From Christensenella sp. UBA7102 (GTDB taxonomy: Bacteria > Bacillota > Clostridia > Christensenellales > UBA1750): DNA of 64,000 nucleotides. Of this stretch, positions 34,917-43,942 are shown in pieces. The first letter of the stretch is position 1, and each line of letters begins with the position of its first letter. Below the pieces are notes generated by a model. The model worked only from the letters and a program-made list of their open reading frames with translations. It was not told where the DNA came from and made no database searches. Made by a program: the position numbers and the translations under genes. Location of the stretch: the NCBI GenBank assembly GCA_002492415.1, contig DKYK01000038.1, positions 47,028 to 111,027 on the forward strand, given 5' to 3'.

Positions 34917-34956
34917 GACAAAGGAGCCCCTGCCTCATTGCAAGGGCTCCTTTGTC
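34917..34956. terminator. hairpin between convergent genes
   Basis: Perfect 13-bp stem (GACAAAGGAGCCC / GGGCTCCTTTGTC). Confidence 0.6.
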
Positions 34957-34965
34957 ATGTTCAAA

Positions 34966-37900
34966 TCACTCGACGCTCTTCAGGCTCTCCACCATGTCGA
35001 TTTTCTTCAAGCTGAAATACATGAAAAAATTGACGATCACGGCGAATACGCCCGTGAGCGCGGCGCTGTACAGGTAGGACAACGCGCCGATCTCCTGGCC
35101 GAACATGATCATATCCACCTCACAGGTGCGGATCACGAACTGGTGCAGCACCACGCCGATGGCCATGCCCAGCAGGATGCCGATGCCCGTCAGCCAGATG
35201 TTTTCGCGGTAGACGTACATCGCCACTTCGCCGTCGTGGCAGCCCAGCACCTTGAGCGTCGCCAGCTCCCTTCTGCGCTCGATGATGGCGATGTTGTTCA
35301 GATTGTACAGCACCACGAACGCCAGCAGCGCCGCGGCCGCGACCAGCACCCACACCACCAGGTCCAGGCTGTGCATCATGTTGGCCACCTGCTCCTCCAG
35401 GTCGCTGACGAAAGACACGCCGCCCACATCCGGTATGCACAGCAACGCCTTGCCCAGCGCGTCCTGTCCTTCCATGCCTGTATTCGTTCGCAGAAACACC
35501 GTATCGTACTCCGGCGTCTCGCCGTACAACGTCTCATACAGCTCCGGCGTGATGTAGACGTAGTGGTACAGGTAGTTCTCGGCAACGCCCGTCACCGTCG
35601 CGCGCACTGCCTGCGTCTCGTCCCGCATCAACTCGATCTCATCGCCGATGGAGACCTCCAGCAGCCGTGCCGCCTTCTCGGTGAGCACCACGCCCTCCCC
35701 GGTCAGCTGTACGGGCTGCCCTCTTCGCGTCTGCAGGCTCACGATCTGCCCCAGGTCCTCCGACCTTTCGGGCACGAACAGGTTGACGGACTTGGTTACG
35801 CCGTTCGCCCGCGCGTCGATCACCGTCACCTGTGCCGACAGCTGTGCATCTACCGCATCCAGCTGCGCGATGTTGCGCTCCACTTCGGGCAGCTGATCCA
35901 ACTCGCCCGCATCCACGTTCACACTCGCATCGTAAGTCCACACGGTGCTGTACTGCTTGTTGACGATCTCCGCGATAGAGTCCCGCAGGCCAAATCCCAC
36001 CAGCAGCAGCCCCATGCAGGCGCCAATGCCGAACAGCGTCATCAGCAGCCGTTTTTTGTACCGGAACAGGTTACGGAAGGTGGCCTTTGCGGTAAAGCTC
36101 ATGCGCCGCCAAAGTGCGGGAATGTACTCCAGCACCACGCGCTTGCCCTCGGGCGGCGCCGCGGGGCGCATCAGCTGCGCGGGCGTCTCGGACAGCTGTG
36201 CATAGCAGGCCACGAGCGTCGCGCCCGCTACGCACGCCACTGCAAGGGCCACCGCCGACAGCGATAGACCCCATTGCACCGGCATCAGCATCACCGTGAG
36301 GTTGACATACAGCATGCGATAGGCCGTCATGATCACATAGGGGAACAGCGCCGACCCCACCGGGATTCCGATCAGGCCGCCCAGCACCGCCGCCAGCAGC
36401 GCATAGCCAAGATACTTACCTGCAATGGCCGCCTTGGAGTAGCCCAGCGCCTTCATTGTGCCCACCTGCAGACGGCCTTCCTCCACCATGCGCGTCATGG
36501 TCGTCAGCGCCACCAGCGCTGCCACCAGGAAGAAGATCGCGGGGAATACCCTGCCCAGCGCGCCGATGCGCTCGGCATCCAGGCCAAACTCCACATAGGA
36601 CTGTATGGACTCCCGATCCAGCACATACCACTCGGGTCTTTCCAGATCTGCAAGCTCCTGCTCGGCGTCTTCCACCTTGCGCTTGGCATCGTCAATGTCA
36701 TGCTGTGCGTCTGCGCTCTTTTCGTCGAATTCTGTCCTGGCCTCCTCGTACTCCGCCAGCGCATCCTCGTATTCCTTTCGACCGTCTTCGAGTTCCTGTC
36801 GGCCCTCTTCCAGTTCCTTTTCCGCCTTGTTCACCTCGGCCCAGCCCTTGTCGATCTCTGTCTGCCCATCCAGCAGCTGCTGTTCGCTCTGCTGAATCTG
36901 CTGCAGCGCATCGTCGTACTCGGTCTGCGCATCGGCGAGCTGCGCGCGCCCGCTCGAAATTCTTTGATCGGCGGCGTTCAGCTGCGCATAGCCATCGGCA
37001 ATGGCGTCGCGCGTGGGCTGCAATGCGCCGTCGATCACCGCGGTCAGCGTCTCATCGGTTGCAGGCGTCCCTTGCAGCGCACCGTCCACCTGCGGCAGAA
37101 TCTGCCCATAAAACTGCAGGGCACTGTTCTGCTCGTCGGTCAGTGAATAGCCCGCGTCCTGCGCCGCCTTCAGCGCGCCATAGTTGGTTTGCGCCTGGGT
37201 ATAGCCTTCTGCGCTCTTGAGCGCCTCCGCTTGCGCAGCATAGGCGTTGAACTGCGCGCTCTGCTCATCCAGCTGACGGCGGCTGTTGCTCGCCTGCGCC
37301 TCGCCGCTGCTCAGCTCGCTGCGCGCGTCGGCCAGCTCCTGCGCCGCAATGCCCAACTCCTCCTTGGCGGCGTTCAGCTCTTCCCAGCCCTCGTCAACCT
37401 TCTTCTGCTGCTTTCTCAGCTCATGCTTAGCATCGGCAATCTCTGCTTCGCCGTCCGCGATTTCCTGCTCGCCGTCGGCAATCTCCTGCGCCGCGTCGTC
37501 CAGCTTGACCTGCGCGTCGGCCAGCTTCTGTTCGGCGTCTGCAAGCTCCGCCTCGCCGTCGGCAATCTCCTGCTTTGCATCGGCGATCTTCTCCGCCGCC
37601 TCTGTCTGCACCTGTTGGTAGCGGATCTCACACCGTTCCCCGGCGATGGCCTCAATGCGGTCCTGCACATTATCAATATAGCTCTTATATCCGTCCTCAT
37701 AGCAGTTCAGTCCGTCCGCACCGTCGCACGTCAGGTACGCCACGGTATAGACCTCCATGGAGAAGCTCTCCGGCGGCACGCAAAGGAAGTACTGTACGTC
37801 GCCATTGCTGATGTCGGCAGTTCCGCGGTCAAAATTCAGGTACCAGGCATAGCTGCCCGCGCCCACCACGGTAAAACTCTCCTCCGCCAGCGTGTCGGAC

Positions 37901-38379
37901 AGCGCCTCATCTTCTCTGCCCGACGACAGCTGAATGCGGTCGCCCAGCGAAATGCCCGCGCTGTCCATAATCCGCTCATCCAGAAAGCATTCGTCGGGCG
38001 CGCTGGGCAGGCGGCCCTGCGTCAGCGTCACCTGGTTCATGTCCCCCGCCAGCGAGATCACGTTGACCACGGACTGCACGCCGTCGCGCTCGCTCAGCGC
38101 AAAGGCCGTATAGCCGCCTACAGCCTGCGTCACGCCCTCGATGCGCCCGAGCGCCTCTACATCCTCCTGCGTGATGCCCATCTCGCCCAGCACGCGGACG
38201 TCCATCAGGTTGATGTCGTCATAGAGCGCATCGGCGCTCATCTGCATGTCGGGCTGGGAAGACCGGATGCCCGTGTAAAATGCCACGCCCAGCGCCACGA
38301 TGCACAGTATGGAGAGAAACCGGTTCAGACTGCCACGGATCTCCCGGAAAAAATCCTTGCCCAACGCATTTTTCTTCAT
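34966..38379 (-). CDS. double-FtsX (MacB-type) ABC transporter permease with a very long coiled-coil ectodomain
   Basis: 1137 aa. TM1 is followed by an ectodomain of about 600 aa that includes a long Ala/Glu/Gln/Asp-rich heptad-like stretch. Then come FtsX TM bundle 1, a second ectodomain and FtsX TM bundle 2. The gene lies 8 nt after the ATPase gene. Confidence 0.9.
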   Translation of the reverse strand: MKKNALGKDFFREIRGSLNRFLSILCIVALGVAFYTGIRSSQPDMQMSADALYDDINLMDVRVLGEMGITQEDVEALGRIEGVTQAVGGYTAFALSERDGVQSVVNVISLAGDMNQVTLTQGRLPSAPDECFLDERIMDSAGISLGDRIQLSSGREDEALSDTLAEESFTVVGAGSYAWYLNFDRGTADISNGDVQYFLCVPPESFSMEVYTVAYLTCDGADGLNCYEDGYKSYIDNVQDRIEAIAGERCEIRYQQVQTEAAEKIADAKQEIADGEAELADAEQKLADAQVKLDDAAQEIADGEQEIADGEAEIADAKHELRKQQKKVDEGWEELNAAKEELGIAAQELADARSELSSGEAQASNSRRQLDEQSAQFNAYAAQAEALKSAEGYTQAQTNYGALKAAQDAGYSLTDEQNSALQFYGQILPQVDGALQGTPATDETLTAVIDGALQPTRDAIADGYAQLNAADQRISSGRAQLADAQTEYDDALQQIQQSEQQLLDGQTEIDKGWAEVNKAEKELEEGRQELEDGRKEYEDALAEYEEARTEFDEKSADAQHDIDDAKRKVEDAEQELADLERPEWYVLDRESIQSYVEFGLDAERIGALGRVFPAIFFLVAALVALTTMTRMVEEGRLQVGTMKALGYSKAAIAGKYLGYALLAAVLGGLIGIPVGSALFPYVIMTAYRMLYVNLTVMLMPVQWGLSLSAVALAVACVAGATLVACYAQLSETPAQLMRPAAPPEGKRVVLEYIPALWRRMSFTAKATFRNLFRYKKRLLMTLFGIGACMGLLLVGFGLRDSIAEIVNKQYSTVWTYDASVNVDAGELDQLPEVERNIAQLDAVDAQLSAQVTVIDARANGVTKSVNLFVPERSEDLGQIVSLQTRRGQPVQLTGEGVVLTEKAARLLEVSIGDEIELMRDETQAVRATVTGVAENYLYHYVYITPELYETLYGETPEYDTVFLRTNTGMEGQDALGKALLCIPDVGGVSFVSDLEEQVANMMHSLDLVVWVLVAAAALLAFVVLYNLNNIAIIERRRELATLKVLGCHDGEVAMYVYRENIWLTGIGILLGMAIGVVLHQFVIRTCEVDMIMFGQEIGALSYLYSAALTGVFAVIVNFFMYFSLKKIDMVESLKSVE
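37468..37573 (-). repeat. exact 22-nt repeat (84-nt period) inside the coiled-coil coding region
   Basis: CTCGCCGTCGGCAATCTCCTGC occurs at 37468-37489 and 37552-37573. It encodes the repeated EIADGE motif of the ABC permease. Confidence 0.8.
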
Positions 38380-38386
38380 GCCGCTC

Positions 38387-39088
38387 TCACCACTCTATAT
38401 TCTCCACGGGTGTGGGATGCTCGTTCAGCCGCATGCGCACGCACTTGCCGTTCTTGATCTCAATCACGCGGTCGGCCATGGGCGCGATGGCGGAGTTGTG
38501 CGTGATGACCACCACCGTCATGCCTTTGAGCCGGCAGGTATCCTGCAAAAGCTTTAAGATCGCCTTGCCCGTCTGGTAGTCCAGCGCGCCGGTGGGTTCG
38601 TCGCACAGCATCAGCTTGGGGTTCTTTGCCAGCGCACGCGCGATGGACACCCTCTGCTGCTCGCCGCCCGACAGTCGCGCCGGAAAATTGCCCGCGCGCT
38701 CGGCCAGCCCCACCTCGCGCAGCACCTCCTGCGCGTCCAACGGATCCTTGCAGATCTGCAGCGCCAGCTCCACGTTCTCCAACGCCGTCAGGTTCTGCAC
38801 CAAATTGTAGAACTGAAACACGAAACCAATATCGTCGCGGCGGTACTGTGTCAGCTGCCGGGGCGTGAACTGCGCCACATCCTGTCCGTCCACGATCACC
38901 TTGCCCGAGGTCGCCGCATCCATGCCGCCCAATATGTTGAGCACCGTGGTCTTGCCCGCGCCGCTGGGTCCGAGGATCACCGCGAATTCGCCCCTTTCAA
39001 TCTCAAAGCTCACGCCGTCGGCTGCCTTGATGACCATCTCGCCCATCTTATAGGTCTTAGTCACATTTTCCAGGCTGACAAACGCCAT
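38387..39088 (-). CDS. ABC transporter ATP-binding protein (MacB/LolD-like)
   Basis: Walker A is GPSGAGKTT, the signature is LSGGEQQR and Walker B is LMLCDEPT. I prefer the start MAFVSLENV (39088) because of its spacing after GGGGAGGG. Confidence 0.9.
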   Translation of the reverse strand: MAFVSLENVTKTYKMGEMVIKAADGVSFEIERGEFAVILGPSGAGKTTVLNILGGMDAATSGKVIVDGQDVAQFTPRQLTQYRRDDIGFVFQFYNLVQNLTALENVELALQICKDPLDAQEVLREVGLAERAGNFPARLSGGEQQRVSIARALAKNPKLMLCDEPTGALDYQTGKAILKLLQDTCRLKGMTVVVITHNSAIAPMADRVIEIKNGKCVRMRLNEHPTPVENIEW

Positions 39089-39137
39089 GACCATCCCTCC
39101 CCGTCGCTCTTTTTACAGTTTGATTATACATCAAACA

Positions 39138-39168
39138 AAGCGGCTGGGGAAAGCCTCTCCAGCCGCTT
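39138..39168 (-). terminator. terminator after hflC
   Basis: A 10-bp stem (AAGCGGCTGG / CCAGCCGCTT), then TGTTTGATG on the minus strand. Confidence 0.6.
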
Positions 39169-39226
39169 TTGTCCACTATTTACACTTTATTCACGTCTCG
39201 GAAACAAACTCCGTTCTGCGGATTTC

Positions 39227-40282
39227 TCACTGCGCACCGGCTGCGTGGACATCGTCCACTTCGCTGGCCCACCTGAGCACATCCGCCCACAGCGGATGGT
39301 CCTCGTCCAGCACCAGCGTGGCGTTTTCCTCCAGCATGTTCTCCAGCGCCTGCAGCGAGCGCCAGTAGGTGTAGAACTCCGCATCCTTGCCATAAGCCTC
39401 GGCGTAAATGCGCAGCGCTTCGGCGTCGCCCTCACCTTTGATGCGCTCGGCGTCGCGGATGGCGTCGGACTTGATCACGCGCGCCTCCTTGTCAGCCTCC
39501 GCCACCGCTTTCTGATAGGCCTCCTCGCCCTCGCTGCGCAGCTGCTGCGCCACCTTGGCGCGATTGGCGATCATGCGCTCGTAGGTGGACTGCATATTGT
39601 TCTCGGGCAGCAGCGTGCGGTTGATCTGAATATCCGCAAAGCGAATACCGCTCTCGCGCACCGTGTCGTTGATCTGCGAAAGCGCCTGCGCCATCGTCTC
39701 GTTGAGCACGTCCTTATTGCTTACAAAGTCCTCTGCCGTCAGGTTGTTGATGTTCTGCACGATCACCGGGAAGACCAGATTGTCCAGATACTGCCGCGCC
39801 TTGGTCATATTCTGCTGTGTGATGGAGAACAGCGCCGGGTTGCTGATCTGCCACTGGCCGTAGATGGTGACATAATACTGCTTTTTATCCTTGGTATTGA
39901 CGGGCTCGGCGTTGGATGTAAAGGTGTTGAGCCTGCCGTCGTAGATGTTCACCTGCGTCACGAAGGGCAGCTTGAAGCGCAAGCCCTTGTCCTTGACCAC
40001 CCTGACATCCTGCAGCTTGGCGCCCGGCGCGTTCATCAGGTCGGGATTCTCGTCCACAAACGTATTCGTGGGCGTCAGCACCACCTCGCGGATTACACCG
40101 AACTGCGAAACCACCGCCTGTTCGTTCTCACCGATGGTGTAGGTGCATGCGCCAAAGAGTATGCCCGCTGTGATCAGCACTGCAAGGAAGATGGTCACGC
40201 TCTTGGCCGTACGCATGGCGTTGCGCCGGTTCAGGTCCACCGGCGGCTTCTGATAGGTATTCGTAGCATGGTTCTGTTCCAT
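39227..40282 (-). CDS. hflC: SPFH/band-7 protein, HflC-like
   Basis: An N-terminal TM segment is followed by an SPFH domain and a coiled coil (RAKVAQQLRSEGEEAYQKAVAEADKEA). It is paired with an HflK-like gene 5 nt upstream. Confidence 0.8.
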   Translation of the reverse strand: MEQNHATNTYQKPPVDLNRRNAMRTAKSVTIFLAVLITAGILFGACTYTIGENEQAVVSQFGVIREVVLTPTNTFVDENPDLMNAPGAKLQDVRVVKDKGLRFKLPFVTQVNIYDGRLNTFTSNAEPVNTKDKKQYYVTIYGQWQISNPALFSITQQNMTKARQYLDNLVFPVIVQNINNLTAEDFVSNKDVLNETMAQALSQINDTVRESGIRFADIQINRTLLPENNMQSTYERMIANRAKVAQQLRSEGEEAYQKAVAEADKEARVIKSDAIRDAERIKGEGDAEALRIYAEAYGKDAEFYTYWRSLQALENMLEENATLVLDEDHPLWADVLRWASEVDDVHAAGAQ

Positions 40283-40287
40283 AATGT

Positions 40288-41226
40288 TTATTCCCCCTTT
40301 GCAGGCTCAATGGGCAGCAGCCGCAGCGTATCCCCGTCGCCGTCGATGACGATCTTGTTTTCGGCCTTTTCCAGTATGCGTTCCATGGTCTCGATCATCA
40401 GGCGCTTGCGCGTGATGGACTGGGAGGAGACATATTCCTCATAGACGGAATTGAAGTTGGCCACATCGCCCGTCGCCTGCGAAATTACCTCGGACTTGTA
40501 GGCCTCGGCCTCCTGCACCATCTGGTACGCCTCCGACCGCGCCGCCGGAATCACCTCGTTGGAATACTTCTCCGCTTCATCCAGCTTGCGGGTCTTTTCA
40601 TTTTTCGCGTTGTTGACATCTTCATATGCGGCGTTGACCTCAGTGGGCACCGTGATGTTCTGGATGCGGATCTCCCGTACCGTCACACCGATGCCGTAGC
40701 TGTCCAGCATCCGCTGAAAATCCGGAATCACTTCCTGTTCGATGGTGGCCTTGTTCAGCAGCGCGTCGTCGAGCGCTTTGTTCTGTATATTGCGGCGCAG
40801 CGCCGTCTCAAAGGCCAGTTTCATCGTGGATTCGGGCTTGTCCACCTCATACAGGTAACTCTGCGCGTCCTGCACCGAATACTGGCACACCGCCTCGACG
40901 CGCACCAGGTTGTCGTCGCCCGTGAGCATCAGCGCCTCGTCATTGACGTCGGTGTAGCCGCTCGGATCATCAATGCTCACGCCCGTCTGTGTGCGGAAGC
41001 CCAGCTCCAGCGTGTGGATCTGCGAGGTGGAAACCTTGTCCACCGTCTGCACAAAGGGCACGCGCCAGTAGATGCCCGGCTCCTTCTTGTCGGTCATCTC
41101 CCGAAAAGTCAGCAAAATGGCCTCCTCGCCTTCGTTGACCCGGTAAAAGCCCGAAAGGCCGATCACCGCCGCCACCGCGACCAGAGCGCACAGCGCGATG
41201 GTCCGCCCCAGTTTTTTCTTCTTCAT
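40288..41226 (-). CDS. hflK: SPFH/band-7 protein, HflK-like
   Basis: An N-terminal TM segment is followed by an SPFH domain (GIGVTVREIRIQNITVP) and a coiled coil. AGAGGAGGAAAAG precedes the ATG. Confidence 0.8.
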   Translation of the reverse strand: MKKKKLGRTIALCALVAVAAVIGLSGFYRVNEGEEAILLTFREMTDKKEPGIYWRVPFVQTVDKVSTSQIHTLELGFRTQTGVSIDDPSGYTDVNDEALMLTGDDNLVRVEAVCQYSVQDAQSYLYEVDKPESTMKLAFETALRRNIQNKALDDALLNKATIEQEVIPDFQRMLDSYGIGVTVREIRIQNITVPTEVNAAYEDVNNAKNEKTRKLDEAEKYSNEVIPAARSEAYQMVQEAEAYKSEVISQATGDVANFNSVYEEYVSSQSITRKRLMIETMERILEKAENKIVIDGDGDTLRLLPIEPAKGE

Positions 41227-41265
41227 ATCTCTTTTCCTCCTCTTATCGGTTCATACCGTGTATCC

Positions 41266-41294
41266 AGTATAGCAAGGCCCGGATGACCAGGCAA
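41266..41294 (-). promoter_or_regulatory. SigA-type promoter, TTGCCT-17-TATACT, for hflK-hflC
   Basis: It was read on the minus strand, about 40 nt upstream of the ATG at 41226. Confidence 0.5.
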
Positions 41295-41564
41295 CCGATT
41301 TCGTCCCATTTCCGCTTCTTGATGTCCGAAATCCTCGCGCGCGCTGTTGAATTGGCCGCCGAGGTGTGTCCTGCGAAGCCATCTGCAGCGACGACGGCCA
41401 ACCCCAACGTTCCCGCCGCTTGCAACTGGAACGCACGGGGCACGTCTTTTTCGCAGCAAGTAGGAAAAGCCGTGCCCCTACACCCCATCCGTCACACGCC
41501 GCTAAAGCGGCGCGCGCCACCTTCCCCTCCCAGGGGAAGGCTCCGAAGCCCATCCTGCCTCCAC

Positions 41565-41592
41565 AAAACAAAAAGGGCCGATTTCCCGACCC
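41565..41592 (-). terminator. terminator after the GNAT gene
   Basis: A 6-bp stem that pairs better in the minus-strand RNA (G-U rather than C-A), followed by a U-run. Confidence 0.5.
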
Positions 41593-41600
41593 TTTTGTCT

Positions 41601-42020
41601 TTATTCTTCCTTGCCCAGGTAGTAAAACGCGGTCATCCCCATTTGCCCGACAGGGCAAAAGCCTAAGCTCTCGTAAAAGCCGTGCATCTCCGGCGTCTCA
41701 TCCGTCATGAGCGCCTTCTGGCGCACGTCCGGAAAAGTGGAAATCGCCATCTCCATCATTCTGCGGCCAACGCCCGCACGCCGATGCGCATGCTCTACCA
41801 GAATATCCTGGATATAAAGAATCGTGCAGCCATCGCCCACTGCGCGCAGCAACCCGCACAGCTGCCCGTCCTCATAGGCGCATACCAAATACAGCGATCG
41901 CTCCAGCGCCTGCATCAGCTGCTCGGGCTTCTCGGTATATGCCAGCCAGCCCGCATCGTTGTACAAACGAAGCACCTGCTCAAGCTCCGGCACCTTTCCC
42001 TCGATGTATTCCAAACACAT
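41601..42020 (-). CDS. GNAT family N-acetyltransferase
   Basis: I use the internal start MCLEYIEGK, which overlaps the upstream stop (TGATG). The product has HRRAGVGRRMMEMA and YESLGF. Confidence 0.8.
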   Translation of the reverse strand: MCLEYIEGKVPELEQVLRLYNDAGWLAYTEKPEQLMQALERSLYLVCAYEDGQLCGLLRAVGDGCTILYIQDILVEHAHRRAGVGRRMMEMAISTFPDVRQKALMTDETPEMHGFYESLGFCPVGQMGMTAFYYLGKEE

Positions 42021-42532
42021 CACTCCTCTCCGCTCTTCGGCTCCGTTTCTTCGCATTCTTCCTTTACTGGATCCAGGCACGGCAGCGCCAGCTTTTCCAG
42101 CACGGCCCGCGCTTTGTCCGCCTCGTCTGCGGCCACGGGAATGCTCACCGTCTCGCCCGCTCTCCCGCCGCGCTTGGCATAAAAGCTATACGCAAAACGC
42201 AGCCGCTCCCCGTCGAACTCCGCGCCGTTTAGCTGCGCGCCGAAGGTGGAAAAGTCGTACAGCACGCCGTCGATCTTGAGCCCGTTTTCATACACCGCAT
42301 CGCCGCATGCGAACTGCGCAATCACATTTTTCTGCATTCTGGCCGCGCTGCGCAGCCGCACTCCCGTCGCGCCCGCGATGAACACCGTCACGACCACCAT
42401 CAGCCAGCCCAGCCAGGAAATGCCCGCCAGCCACGGCTGCACAATCAGTGCGATGCCGATCAAAAGAAACAGCAGCCCCTTGAGCAGCTGCATGTGCAGG
42501 GGCGACAGTCTGTTCTTAGCTTTTTTCGCCAT
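42020..42532 (-). CDS. hypothetical membrane protein (2 TM plus a soluble C-terminal domain)
   Basis: The start MAKKAKNRL lies 7 nt after AGGGAGGTG. Two hydrophobic helices are followed by a soluble domain and an acidic tail. Confidence 0.65.
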   Translation of the reverse strand: MAKKAKNRLSPLHMQLLKGLLFLLIGIALIVQPWLAGISWLGWLMVVVTVFIAGATGVRLRSAARMQKNVIAQFACGDAVYENGLKIDGVLYDFSTFGAQLNGAEFDGERLRFAYSFYAKRGGRAGETVSIPVAADEADKARAVLEKLALPCLDPVKEECEETEPKSGEE

Positions 42533-42620
42533 CGTCACGCACCTCCCTGCGCTCTTGCCTTCTTTTTACACAAAAGGCCCCCGACGGCACTCGCGCCGAA
42601 GGCCCCTTTGCCCATCCCGA

Positions 42621-43712
42621 TCAGTCAAAATAAACGGGCTTGCCAGTCTCTGCGGAGGTGTAGATGGCCTCCAGTATCTTGGTCACCACGATGGCCTGCT
42701 CGGGCTTGGTGATCAGCGGCGCGCTGTCATCCAGCACGTGGTTGATCCACATGCGCGCCTCCACATCCGCCGCCTTCGCCGTTTTTCCGTCGAAGAAGGC
42801 CACGCCGCCCGCGCTCATGTCCGGCTCGGTCACAAACAGCTTGGAGTACTTTTCGCCGTTGATGCGCAGACCGCCGTTCTTGCCCATCATGTCCGCGCCG
42901 CCCTTGTCGCCGCAGAGGATGGTCTTGGCTTCGTTTACATCCAGCGAATTGAGCGCCCAACTGGCCTCCAAGTAAATGGTCGCTCCGTTCTTCATGCGCA
43001 CAAAGCCAAACGCGGAGTCCTCCACGGTGAACTTCTCAGGATCCCAGGGTCCCCAGGCGTTGGCAGCGTTCTTGTGATCCGCCAGCTTGTGGTACTTGGT
43101 GCCCACCACCATCTCAGGCTCATAGTTGTCCATCATCCACAGCGTCAGGTCCAGCGCATGGGTGCCGATATCAATCAGCGGGCCGCCGCCCTGCTTCTCT
43201 GCGTCCAGAAACACGCCCCAGGTGGGCACGGCTCTGCGGCGGATGGCCTGCGCGCGCGCATAGTAGATCTCGCCCAGCTCGCCATCCTCACACGCCTGCT
43301 TGAGGTACATGCTGTCCGGACGGAAGCGGTTCTGGTAGCCGATGGTCAGCTTTTTGCCAGTTCGCTTAGCGGCGTCCACCATCTTCTGTGCCTCGGCGGT
43401 ATTGATGGCCATGGGCTTTTCACACATCACGTGCTTGCCCGCCTCCAGTGCGTCCACCGTGATATAGCTGTGGTCGCGGTTGGGGGTCAGTACGTGCACA
43501 ACCTCAATGCTCTCATCCTTGAGCAGCTCCTTATAATCGACGTAAACCTTGGCATCCGGCGTGCCGTATTCAGCGGCCGCTTTGACCGCGCGCTCCTCCA
43601 CGATGTCGCAAAACGCGACCATCTCCACCTCAGGGATCCCGCTCAGCGCGGGCATGTGCTTGTTGTTGGCAATGCCACCGCAGCCGATGATACCAATGCG
43701 AACCTTTCTCAT
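42621..43712 (-). CDS. Gfo/Idh/MocA family oxidoreductase
   Basis: The Rossmann N-terminus is MRKVRIGIIGCGGIANNKH, with an EKP motif (MCEKPMA). AAAGGAGGA precedes the ATG. Confidence 0.9.
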   Translation of the reverse strand: MRKVRIGIIGCGGIANNKHMPALSGIPEVEMVAFCDIVEERAVKAAAEYGTPDAKVYVDYKELLKDESIEVVHVLTPNRDHSYITVDALEAGKHVMCEKPMAINTAEAQKMVDAAKRTGKKLTIGYQNRFRPDSMYLKQACEDGELGEIYYARAQAIRRRAVPTWGVFLDAEKQGGGPLIDIGTHALDLTLWMMDNYEPEMVVGTKYHKLADHKNAANAWGPWDPEKFTVEDSAFGFVRMKNGATIYLEASWALNSLDVNEAKTILCGDKGGADMMGKNGGLRINGEKYSKLFVTEPDMSAGGVAFFDGKTAKAADVEARMWINHVLDDSAPLITKPEQAIVVTKILEAIYTSAETGKPVYFD

Positions 43713-43810
43713 GTCAAAACATCCTCCTTTTCTTGGTGCGCTCTTTCACCCCCCCCATTCTACACCCAAACCCAGCCCATGGCAATACATCAGTTTTCGG
43801 CTGTGTGAAT

Positions 43811-43845
43811 GCAAAAAGGGGCGCTCCTCACAGCAGGAGCGCCCC
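43811..43845 (-). terminator. rho-independent terminator after the surface-protein gene
   Basis: Perfect 11-bp stem (GGGGCGCTCCT / AGGAGCGCCCC), followed by five U on the minus strand. Confidence 0.8.
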
Positions 43846-43942
43846 ACTTTTCTGCAGGCAGTTGGATTCACAGCTTGGTCTTTGGGGAAAACCACAATGC
43901 TATTTTTCGCATGCAGAAACTGTTTGACTGATGTTTTTTAGA

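Noticed and set aside
34957-38457. Plus-strand ORFs 34957-36267, 36274-37146 and 37189-38457
   Set aside because: All are antisense to the 1137-aa ABC permease gene. Their translations are His/Arg/Gln/Leu-rich and lack TM segments or motifs.
41251-41666. ORFs 41251-41658 (minus) and 41283-41666 (plus) in the gene-free region
   Set aside because: Their translations are Arg/Gly/Pro/Ala-rich. They overlap the GNAT gene end and the hflK promoter, and they have no RBS. The region is treated as non-coding.
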